The position numbers and the translations under genes were made by a program. The notes below the pieces were generated by a model. That model worked only from the letters and a program-made list of their open reading frames with translations, ran no database searches and was not told where the DNA came from. This document shows positions 1-7,566 of a stretch of DNA of 11,534 bases, piece by piece. Location: contig JAWOFX010000063.1 of assembly GCA_046497275.1 (NCBI GenBank), positions 1-11,534 on the forward strand, in the 5' to 3' direction. Position 1 is the stretch's first letter, and each line of letters begins with the position of its first letter. The DNA is from Promethearchaeia archaeon (GTDB lineage: Archaea; Asgardarchaeota; Lokiarchaeia; Sigyniarchaeales; SOKP01).

Positions 1-474
1 TTAATAATTGGACTAGGTGTTATCATTGGTGCAGTTATAGGGGGCTGGTTAGCAGACCTCAAATCGCGTAAATTAAGTTTCTATAGTTCAATGTTAATCA
101 CAACTATATCGTTGCTACTCTTCTTAATTAATACATGGTGGGGTATTTTAATATTCTTTGCTTTATTGATAGGAGCGTCAAGTGGCTGGAGAAATAGCGG
201 ATTTTCTGCTATAATCGGTCAGGAATCTACTCAATATCCTGAAGTTGATGTTACATATTATGCAACTTGCAATTCATTTGCCAATATTGGTACTGTAATT
301 GGATTAACTGCCACATCAACAATTTTTGGACTATTAGCAGATTTGAATTTCTACTTCCAATTTGCAGTAGTTCTTATCTTTTTAGCAATTGTGTCTAATA
401 TAGGAATAATCCCATTTTGGTTTATGAAAGAAGAAGAATATGAATTACCTGAAAAAATCGGAAAATTGTACTAA
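1..474 (+). CDS. MFS transporter, C-terminal half (5'-truncated by the window)
   Basis: Frame +1 is open from base 1 (LIIGLGVIIGAVIGGWLADLKSRKLSFYSS) into the tracked ORF at 91. GGWLADLKSRK matches the MFS loop motif G-x-L-x-D-(R/K)-x-x-R-K, followed by about five hydrophobic helices. The ATG at 91 is internal. Confidence 0.8.
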   Translation, partial: LIIGLGVIIGAVIGGWLADLKSRKLSFYSSMLITTISLLLFLINTWWGILIFFALLIGASSGWRNSGFSAIIGQESTQYPEVDVTYYATCNSFANIGTVIGLTATSTIFGLLADLNFYFQFAVVLIFLAIVSNIGIIPFWFMKEEEYELPEKIGKLY

Positions 475-493
475 AATTTAACAATTAAAAATA

Positions 494-510
494 TCTTTTT
501 TCTTTTTATT
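494..510 (+). terminator. T-rich tract, possible archaeal intrinsic terminator of the MFS gene
   Basis: TCTTTTTTCTTTTTATT begins 20 nt after the stop. Weak evidence in AT-rich DNA. Confidence 0.3.
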
Positions 511-655
511 AAAAATCTTTTAATTCTTAAAGTCTCTAATATTCGTATGATTTAGTCCAAAATCACTCTAATGAATATATTTTAATTAATCGTAAGATTT
601 TTATCATTTTTTTAATGATGTATCCTACATTTCTCTAAATATTTAGAAAATTATT

Positions 656-1837
656 ATGTCAAAGATTAATTTAGAATATGCTGAAAGAATTGATCGATTG
701 CCAAAATACATTTTTGCGGCAATAGAAGAACTTAAAGCGAAAAAGAAAAAAGAAGGAATAGATTTTATCCCATTAGGGATAGGAGATCCTGATCTTGCCA
801 CTCCTGATATTATTATTGAAGAATTAATAAATCAAGTCAAAATTCCGGCTAATCAAAATTATCCTACAAGCATGGGAGAGGACATATTCAGAGAAGAGAT
901 TGCTCGTTGGTATAAAGTGCGTTTTAACTTAAGTTTTGATATGGAAAAAGAAATTACGAATGTGATTGGGGGAAAAGAAGGTGTCGCGAATATTGCCAGA
1001 GCATTTATTAATCTTGGAGATATCGTTCTTTGTCCGAATCCGGGATATCCTGTGTACGAGAATGGAGCTACTAAATTATGTGATGGAATTCCTCATTTAA
1101 TGCCATTAAAGAAAGAAAATAATTTTCTCCCTGATCTAGAAGCAATTGATACTGATATTTTGAAAAAGGCAAAAATGATGTATTTAAATTATCCGAATAA
1201 TCCTACAGGGGCAATAGCTCCAGAAAGTTATCTTAAAAAAGTAGTAGATTACGCTGAAGATTACAACTTCTTCATAGTGTATGATAATCCATATTCAGAG
1301 TTTACATATGAAGATTATATCGCACCTTCAATTTTAGAAATTAGTCAACAACATATTGAAATCAACAGTGCATCTAAAATGTTTTGTATGACGGGTTTTC
1401 GATGCGGTTGGGCTGCGGGAAATTCTTATTTGATTGAAGGACTAAGAAAAGTCAAATCTCAAATTGATTCGGGCTGTCCAATTTTCATTCAAAAAGCAGT
1501 GATCAGAGGTTTAAAAGAATATGATAGTAATAAAAAACCTTCTATTGTTGAAGAGAATATAAAAATATACGAAAAACGCCGAAATGTCTTAATAGATGGA
1601 TTAAACAAAATGGGATGGAAGACTGAAAAACCACAAGCCACTTTTTATGTATGGACCGAAGTTCCAACAGAAAATAAAGATAGTATGGAATTTGTAAAAA
1701 AATTATTGAACGTAGGAGTAATAATCACTCCAGGAATCGGATTTGGACAATATGGAGAAGGCTTTGTACGCATTGCCTTAACTAAACCAATTGAGAGAAT
1801 AAAAGAAGCATTAGAAAGGATAAAATCTATATTATAG
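656..1837 (+). CDS. dapL: Class I PLP-dependent aminotransferase, LL-diaminopimelate aminotransferase-like
   Basis: 393 aa with LGIGDPD, YPTSMG, GGKEG, LNYPNNPTGA, D-x-x-Y (DNPYSE), the PLP lysine in SASKMFCMTGFRCGW (K241, codon 1376-1378) and FVRIAL. The N-terminus (ERIDRLPKYIFA) resembles the DapL-type subfamily. Substrate is inferred. Confidence 0.75.
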   Translation: MSKINLEYAERIDRLPKYIFAAIEELKAKKKKEGIDFIPLGIGDPDLATPDIIIEELINQVKIPANQNYPTSMGEDIFREEIARWYKVRFNLSFDMEKEITNVIGGKEGVANIARAFINLGDIVLCPNPGYPVYENGATKLCDGIPHLMPLKKENNFLPDLEAIDTDILKKAKMMYLNYPNNPTGAIAPESYLKKVVDYAEDYNFFIVYDNPYSEFTYEDYIAPSILEISQQHIEINSASKMFCMTGFRCGWAAGNSYLIEGLRKVKSQIDSGCPIFIQKAVIRGLKEYDSNKKPSIVEENIKIYEKRRNVLIDGLNKMGWKTEKPQATFYVWTEVPTENKDSMEFVKKLLNVGVIITPGIGFGQYGEGFVRIALTKPIERIKEALERIKSIL

Positions 1838-1901
1838 ATATATCACTTAATATGTCTAAATTTTAATCGGAAAAAAAGATCTTTATTTTGTACTTTTAAA
1901 T

Positions 1902-2111
1902 CTATTTCTTAGAATTATTATATTTATCCCGTAGACGAGCCATTTTCAATTCATCTTCCTTTGCTAATTGACCTTTTCTCATTTTGGTATCATCTATTAT
2001 AGAAGTATAAAACTCATCGGGAGAAAATCCTCTATCCTCTTTGTTTTTCTCAGATTTTTTTATTTTATCAACAGCGATCTTTCTAAATGTTCGCTCCATT
2101 TCATTATCCAT
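1902..2111 (-). CDS. Small charged hypothetical protein (69 aa from ATG 2111; the track's TTG start at 2177 would give 91 aa)
   Basis: MDNEMERTFRKIAVDKIKK...RDKYNNSKK looks like a helical soluble protein and is GC-richer than its flanks. The extension to 2177 is mostly AT-rich sequence and may be non-coding. Convergent with dapL. Confidence 0.6.
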   Translation of the reverse strand: MDNEMERTFRKIAVDKIKKSEKNKEDRGFSPDEFYTSIIDDTKMRKGQLAKEDELKMARLRDKYNNSKK

Positions 2112-2348
2112 AATTTCTATCTCATTCCAAGGGATATAGTCATTATTTTTAATAATTAAAAAAATTAACAAACACAATATTAAATAATAAAGTAGATATT
2201 TAAATATTTTGAATAAAATTGATTGAAAGTATTAATTATGTAAATATAAGAAAAGATTTAATTTAGAATATTCATAATTCATAAGAATTTATAAAATGAA
2301 TTAATATCTTAAAACATCTATTTTTTAGATAATACTTCAGATTCGTTA

Positions 2349-2486
2349 TTACCATGCGATATCGTCATGAATAAGGAATTCAGCCGGCAACCCAAATTTA
2401 GTGTAATCCAAAATTTCAGCAATATCAATAAGATTATCGCTTTCTAATGGCTTGAATTCAATATCTTGCTTTCGAATAACTGTCAT
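2349..2486 (-). CDS. 45-aa microprotein, not in the ORF track (MTVIRKQDIEFKPLESDNLIDIAEILDYTKFGLPAEFLIHDDIAW)
   Basis: Translated by hand. AGGAGGA lies 4 nt upstream of the ATG, the ORF ends in a tandem TAA TAA, and GC is higher than in the flanks. Confidence 0.7.
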   Translation of the reverse strand: MTVIRKQDIEFKPLESDNLIDIAEILDYTKFGLPAEFLIHDDIAW

Positions 2487-2490
2487 TTTT

Positions 2491-2497
2491 TCCTCCT
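2491..2497 (-). promoter_or_regulatory. Shine-Dalgarno AGGAGGA for the 45-aa ORF
   Basis: Plus-strand TCCTCCT at 2491-2497; the ATG is at 2486-2484. Confidence 0.65.
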
Positions 2498-2581
2498 TTT
2501 CTGTTAATTAATTTATTTAATGTCTCAGAAAAGCAGATCACATCTTAATGACCTTTCTCAAATAAAATAAACTCACGCATC

Positions 2582-2639
2582 CAAGAGAACACCCCGCAAG
2601 TATTTCATGAGAAAAAGGTAAATCGGATCTGTTCTCTTG
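2582..2639. repeat. Perfect 10-bp inverted repeat (CAAGAGAACA / TGTTCTCTTG) with 38-nt spacer; putative RNA stem-loop
   Basis: Arms at 2582-2591 and 2630-2639. On the minus-strand RNA the stem can extend inward (UCCG with CGGG). Confidence 0.6.
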
Positions 2640-2641
2640 CT

Positions 2642-2725
2642 TTATAATAATACTACTACAACTACCTCTAACTCTGATAAAAATCCGAGTTCCGATGGGT
2701 TAGCAGTAATAGTATTTGAGATCAT
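2642..2725 (-). CDS. Possible 27-aa leader peptide MISNTITANPSELGFLSELEVVVVVLL
   Basis: ATG at 2725-2723 and TAA at 2644-2642. TATA-like TTTAAATA (minus strand, 2752-2759) is about 30 nt upstream, which fits a leaderless transcript. Translation is not demonstrated. Confidence 0.3.
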   Translation of the reverse strand: MISNTITANPSELGFLSELEVVVVVLL

Positions 2726-2880
2726 TATTATAACAATTAATTCAAACAGATTATTTAAATATTATCTATAAAGTAGTAAAAATTCCTATTTGGAGATTTT
2801 TTTGAAAAATTTAAAATTCTTATATTTTACACAATTACTTCAATTAATTTAATATCTTATTTTTTATGAAATAGTGTAAA

Positions 2881-4200
2881 ATGGATAAAAAAATCGTATT
2901 AGTAGGGGCAGGATCAACTAGTTTTGGTCCCTCGATGTTCTCTGATTTGTATCTCAGCGATCTGCTAAAAGGTTCAACGATTGTCTTACATGATATCAAT
3001 GAAGAAAAATTAGAAATGATTTATGAGCTTCTTGAGAAAGAAAATGAGATGGCTGGAAATAAATTTACTCTTAAAAGAACCACTGACCGAGAAGAAGCGT
3101 TTAAGGATGCAAATTTTATTATCAACTCAATAGAAGTTGGAAATAGAATGGAATTATGGTGGCAAGATTACAAAATCCCCAGAAAATATGGCTCTACTCA
3201 AGTCTTAGGAGAATGTGGGGGCCCCGGTGGAACATTTCATGCGTTTCGGATTATTCCACCTATTATAGAGATTGCAAAAGATATAGAAAGAATATGTCCA
3301 AACGCGTTCTTGATAAATTTTTCAAATCCTATGTCTCGCGTATGTTTAGCTATTAAAAGGGCTACAAATGTCAAATTCGCAGGACTTTGTCATCAAATCC
3401 ATTTTCTAGAAAGAGATATCCCAAGAATGCTTGATAAAAAATTAGCAGATTTAGAAATAACTGTGGCAGGTTTGAATCATTTTGGATTCTTATTAGATTT
3501 AAAGGAAAAAAATGATGGTCCAAATTTAATGCCTGAATTTAATCAAAAAGCAATGAAATTTTTTATGAAGCATGAGGATCCATTCGAATTCTCCACATTA
3601 ACTTTTGAGATTTATAAAAGATTTGGATATTTTCCTCATCCCGGAGACAATCACCTTGGTGAATATATCCAATTTGGGGAAGAATTTACAGAGACTCAAG
3701 ATATGATTGATTGGATAAATAGAACAGATAGACATAATCAACTTATTTATAAAAGAGTTCAGAGATATCATAGGAGACTTAAAAAGAGTAGATATCCCAG
3801 TAGAGGAATGTTATATAAAGTGCAATCAGGAGAGCGAGCGATCCCAATAATTGAGGCCATTATTGAAGATAAAAATACTTATGAAAACTCGGTAAATATT
3901 CCAAATGATGGAATAATTGAAAATCTTCCTGAAGACTTGGTGGTGGAAGTTCCCGCTCGTGTCGATAAAGATGGAATTCATGGAATAAATCTTGGAAAAA
4001 TCCCAAAAAATATCGCGTCCTTATTACGCATTGAAGCCACAATCCAAGATATATGTGTAGAAGCAATTTTGAAAGAATCAGAAAAACTGGCAAAAATTGC
4101 TTTAGCAATCGATCCCAATTGTGGAAGTTTTAAGATGGCAGAAAAAATCTATCAAGATATGATGGAATTACAGGAGAATTTTTTACCTAAATTCAAATAA
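2881..4200 (+). CDS. melA: Glycoside hydrolase family 4, NAD+/Mn2+-dependent alpha-galactosidase-like
   Basis: Rossmann motif KIVLVGAGSTSF, GECGGPGG, NFSNPM, metal-ligand Cys in GLCHQ, AGLNHFGF, and a GH4 C-terminal region (VNIPNDGIIENLPEDLVVEVPA). Confidence 0.85.
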   Translation: MDKKIVLVGAGSTSFGPSMFSDLYLSDLLKGSTIVLHDINEEKLEMIYELLEKENEMAGNKFTLKRTTDREEAFKDANFIINSIEVGNRMELWWQDYKIPRKYGSTQVLGECGGPGGTFHAFRIIPPIIEIAKDIERICPNAFLINFSNPMSRVCLAIKRATNVKFAGLCHQIHFLERDIPRMLDKKLADLEITVAGLNHFGFLLDLKEKNDGPNLMPEFNQKAMKFFMKHEDPFEFSTLTFEIYKRFGYFPHPGDNHLGEYIQFGEEFTETQDMIDWINRTDRHNQLIYKRVQRYHRRLKKSRYPSRGMLYKVQSGERAIPIIEAIIEDKNTYENSVNIPNDGIIENLPEDLVVEVPARVDKDGIHGINLGKIPKNIASLLRIEATIQDICVEAILKESEKLAKIALAIDPNCGSFKMAEKIYQDMMELQENFLPKFK

Positions 4201-4526
4201 GCAAGGATGAGTTTTTAAGAGAATCTCACCTAAGTTTCAATTTTCTTTTCTATTTTAATATTATTTCTAGTTGAAAATCGATCAAATTAAGATTCTATAT
4301 TACTTTATTTTTTTTGAACTTTTATCATCAATTTCTTGGTTTATTTTTTGCATTTTTTAATCAAAATTTTTTGAAAAAGCAAAACATATAAAATTAAATA
4401 TTAGATCTATTGTTTAAAAAGTAATGTGAAATTAAATTTTTTTGACTATAACAAAAAAATGGAAAGCGAATCATTTTATTTTTTAATATGATGTAAAAAA
4501 TCAAGACATAGGATAAATAGTAAATA

Positions 4527-7187
4527 ATGAATATGCCTGATAGCGATCCCTTCAAAATATTAGACAATAAGAAAATTCTTAACTATTTATATAATAAAAC
4601 ACCATTAGGTATTGCTATCTTTGACACCGAAGGAAATCTAATCCAAGCTAATAAAAATTTTAAAGATATTTGGAATCTATCTTCCCCATCTGAAACTTAT
4701 AAATTAAATCTATTTCAACACATAGATATCCCTCCTTCTGAATTAAAGCAATTAAAAAATAAAGAAGAAATCAATTTTATTACTGGCATTAGCCTTAGAG
4801 AATTTGAAAAAAAAACTAACATAAAAATAAATCAATATGCTAAAAAATTTATAAAATTCAATATAAATCCCATAGAAATTACCAATACTCATGAATCTCA
4901 CTATTTAGTGTATTGTGAAGATATCACGGAAAGAATATTAACGGAAAATAGGTTAGAGGAAAATGAAACAAAGTTTAAAACAATTGTTGAGAATTCTAAT
5001 GAAGGAATATTTATTATAGATGATAATTATCGTTTTGTATATGCTAATAAAAAATTAGAAGAAATGATCGGATATACCATAAAGGAAATTATCGGTCAGG
5101 ATTTTCGAAAGTTCCTCGCCAAAGATAGCCTCGATAAAGTAGTGGATCATTATATTCGTCGTCAAAGAGGAGAAGATTTAGAAAAAATGTATGAATTTAA
5201 TATCAAACGTGGTGATGGTGAGGTAAGAAGGGTTAAAATAAATTCAACAGCCACGGGTGATATATATGATGGAATTAAAACTATTGCCCAAATTGTTGAT
5301 ATCACTGAAAAGAAAAAGACAGAACGAGAATTAGAGGAATCAGAAGAGAAGTTTAGAATCTTAGGTGAACAAGCTCTCATGAGTATTTTGATTCTTCAAA
5401 ACAATGAAATAAAATATTTAAATAAACGTTTAGGAGAGAGTTTGGGTTATTCCAAACAAGAATTAAAAGAATGGACTTTTCAAGATCTTATAAAGCATAT
5501 TCATCCTGATGATAGGGCTTTTACTTTAAAACAAATACAAAAAAATGAAACTAAGGATAATAATAAAATAAAACGTTATCAATTTCGTTTTAAAACTAAA
5601 AATGGGGGCATAAGATGGCAGGAAGCTTTTTCAAAGCCAGTCCCATACAATGGGAAACCCGCAGATTTAATTAGTATAATTGATATTACCGATCGGAAGA
5701 AGTCAGAAATAAAGTTAAAAGAATCGGAGGAGCAATTTAGAACAATAGCTGAACAACATTTTATGGGAATAATAATTATTCAAGATTTCAAAATTAAATA
5801 TTTTAACCACAAATTTATAGAATTTACGGGATATAGTGCTGATGAGATAAAGAATTGGAAGGAAAAAGAATTTTTGAACATTATTCACCCTGATGACCAA
5901 GATTTTATCACTAATATGATTTACAAGAAATATAGAGGAGAAATTAAAGAAGTAAAGAATTATGAATTTCGAATAAAAAAGAAGAATGGTGATCGTATAT
6001 GGGTAGAAATTTTCTCAAAAACTATTCCATATAGGGGGGAAGAGGCTGATTTGACTTCTTTAATAGATATTTCAGATCGTAAAGAAGCTGAAGAAAAATT
6101 AAAAGAATCGGAGGAAAAATTCAGAGGTATTTTTCAAGCTATTCCTGATTTATTCTTTTTAGTTGATTCAAATACTACCGTTTTAGAATATCGAGGTCAA
6201 CAGGATAAACTATTCCTTCCACCAGAGGAATTTCTTAATAAAAAATTAGATGAAATCTTACCAAATGAATTAAGGAAAAAAGCTATTGATGCGATTCTAA
6301 GAACAATAAAAACAAAAGAACCTCAACTAGTAGAGTACAATTTAAAAATTGATAACAAAATGAGATATTTTGAAGCAAGATTACTCTATTATTCGGAGAA
6401 TAAAGTTGCGATCTTTATAAGAGAAATTTCCCAGAGAAAAAAAGCAGAAGAAATGATTAAAGAAGAAGTGAGAAGATTAAAGGAAATTGATGATATGAGA
6501 AGAGATCTAATATCACGAGTGTCCCATGAATTGAAAACTCCAATTATGGCAATTAGTGGTGCAACTGAATATTTATTGGAGTCTTATAAAGAAGAGTTTC
6601 AAAAAGAGCAAATTGATTTTTTAAAAATGATTGATTCGAATGAAAAACGACTTGAAAAGTTAATTGAAAATCTACTTGACATAAGTCGTATAAATTATCA
6701 AAAAATACAACTATCTAAACAAAAATATAATATTTCTTCTCTAATAAAAAGTTTATCTAATGAAATGCGCTATCTCTTTGAGTCAAGAAAATTGGAATTT
6801 GGATTGAATGTACCAGAAAAAATTGAATTAATTATTGACAAAGTGAGAATTGAACAAGTGATTATGAATCTAATTTCTAATGCGATAAAAAATACTCCAC
6901 CAGGAGGTTTGATTCAGATTTCAGCAGAAAAAACTAAACATTATATCGAAATCTCAGTTTCAGATACTGGAGTTGGATTAACTGGTAATGAAATAGATAA
7001 ATTATTTACTCAATTTGGGAAAATAGAAAGATATGGAAAGGGTTTAGAATTTTTGGATATAAGTGGATCAGGGTTAGGGCTTTATATTTCAAAAAAGATT
7101 GTTGAGATGCATAATGGAGAAATTACAGTCGAATCTAGGGGAAGAAATAAGGGTTGTACTTTTACAATTCATTTACCAAAAAATTAG
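4527..7187 (+). CDS. Soluble multi-PAS (five PAS/PAC) sensor histidine kinase (HisKA + HATPase_c)
   Basis: Repeated PAS ends (EDITER, DITEK, DITDR, DISDR, EISQR). H-box SHELKTP (His667, 6525-6527), N-box EQVIMNLISNAIK, G1 DTGVG, F-box LFTQF, G2 GSGLGL. No obvious transmembrane segment and no receiver domain. Confidence 0.95.
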   Translation: MNMPDSDPFKILDNKKILNYLYNKTPLGIAIFDTEGNLIQANKNFKDIWNLSSPSETYKLNLFQHIDIPPSELKQLKNKEEINFITGISLREFEKKTNIKINQYAKKFIKFNINPIEITNTHESHYLVYCEDITERILTENRLEENETKFKTIVENSNEGIFIIDDNYRFVYANKKLEEMIGYTIKEIIGQDFRKFLAKDSLDKVVDHYIRRQRGEDLEKMYEFNIKRGDGEVRRVKINSTATGDIYDGIKTIAQIVDITEKKKTERELEESEEKFRILGEQALMSILILQNNEIKYLNKRLGESLGYSKQELKEWTFQDLIKHIHPDDRAFTLKQIQKNETKDNNKIKRYQFRFKTKNGGIRWQEAFSKPVPYNGKPADLISIIDITDRKKSEIKLKESEEQFRTIAEQHFMGIIIIQDFKIKYFNHKFIEFTGYSADEIKNWKEKEFLNIIHPDDQDFITNMIYKKYRGEIKEVKNYEFRIKKKNGDRIWVEIFSKTIPYRGEEADLTSLIDISDRKEAEEKLKESEEKFRGIFQAIPDLFFLVDSNTTVLEYRGQQDKLFLPPEEFLNKKLDEILPNELRKKAIDAILRTIKTKEPQLVEYNLKIDNKMRYFEARLLYYSENKVAIFIREISQRKKAEEMIKEEVRRLKEIDDMRRDLISRVSHELKTPIMAISGATEYLLESYKEEFQKEQIDFLKMIDSNEKRLEKLIENLLDISRINYQKIQLSKQKYNISSLIKSLSNEMRYLFESRKLEFGLNVPEKIELIIDKVRIEQVIMNLISNAIKNTPPGGLIQISAEKTKHYIEISVSDTGVGLTGNEIDKLFTQFGKIERYGKGLEFLDISGSGLGLYISKKIVEMHNGEITVESRGRNKGCTFTIHLPKN
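5331..6098 (+). repeat. Tandem duplication of a 128-aa PAS module inside the kinase
   Basis: Linkers L(E/K)ESEE start at 5331, 5715 and 6099, a 384-nt period. The 17-mer TTAAAAGAATCGGAGGA is identical at 5715-5731 and 6099-6115. The two units align without gaps at 60/128 identity by hand count. Confidence 0.85.
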
Positions 7188-7216
7188 AAAATTAGAGGAA
7201 AAAATTTAAAATTTAA

Positions 7217-7381
7217 TTATAAATTCTCCTTTTTCCATTTCCGAAGATGATTTTTAAATTCCTCTTCAGGAATACCTAACGAAGTACGTTCTTTTTTATT
7301 ATTGTTGAGATTAGTTTCTTTCTTATCATTTTTTTTAAATGATAATTCCCAGTCATAATAAGAAACTTCTGCTTCAGACAT
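7217..7381 (-). CDS. 54-aa hypothetical protein, not in the ORF track (MSEAEVSYYDWELSFKKNDKKETNLNNNKKERTSLGIPEEEFKNHLRKWKKENL)
   Basis: Translated by hand. TATA-like TTTTTATT (minus strand, 7404-7411) is about 26 nt upstream, which fits a leaderless start. Both ends look protein-like, around a low-complexity K/N linker. Convergent with the kinase. Confidence 0.6.
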   Translation of the reverse strand: MSEAEVSYYDWELSFKKNDKKETNLNNNKKERTSLGIPEEEFKNHLRKWKKENL

Positions 7382-7458
7382 ATTTTAAATAATTAATTGC
7401 GGAAATAAAAATCCAAAGAGAGTATTAATTTATTGATATATTAAGAATACCATATTGA

Positions 7459-7477
7459 TAATTTTCTAAGAAAATTA
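7459..7477. promoter_or_regulatory. Perfect 9-1-9 palindrome TAATTTTCT-A-AGAAAATTA, possible regulator site
   Basis: Read directly in the intergenic region between polB2 and the 54-aa ORF. Function is inferred only. Confidence 0.3.
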
Positions 7478-7566
7478 CTACTTGAAGGTCCTAAATAATA
7501 ATTTTTGTTATTTTAATTTTGATTTAACCCAAAAAAAAATGAAACATCTTAAAGAGATTGAAAAAC

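Noticed and set aside
91-474. Track start at ATG 91 as a complete 127-aa protein
   Set aside because: The frame is open back to base 1 and contains the MFS loop motif upstream of 91, so this is the tail of a longer gene.
1968-2159. 63-aa plus-strand ORF
   Set aside because: Antisense to the more protein-like minus-strand ORF; its Phe/Ile-rich composition is what reverse-complemented Lys/Glu codons give.
2520-2600. TPP-riboswitch resemblance on the minus strand (GGGGUG...UGAGA...UGAUCUG)
   Set aside because: The P2 partner (ACCC) and the downstream GCG-N-AGGGA are missing and the spacing is wrong. An Rfam RF00059 cmsearch would settle it.
2582-2639. SECIS or C/D-box RNA reading of the stem-loop (contains AUGA)
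   Set aside because: AUGA is in the apical region, not at a tandem G-A core; no in-frame UGA selenoprotein lies upstream; no RUGAUGA C box.
3156-3356. 66-aa alternative-frame ORF inside melA
   Set aside because: Fully nested in a conserved GH4 gene, with no motif.
3860-4108. 82-aa antisense ORF in melA
   Set aside because: Shadow ORF with no recognisable features.
5162-5900. Antisense ORFs 5162-5380 and 5715-5900 in the kinase
   Set aside because: Shadow ORFs; their Phe/Ser/Leu-rich composition reflects the opposite strand.
7323-7345. 9-bp inverted repeat TTATCATTT-N5-AAATGATAA resembling the 603-619 element
   Set aside because: Inside the 54-aa ORF, different spacing between the ATCATT and AATGAT half-sites (7 vs 5), and very AT-rich; not treated as a shared operator.
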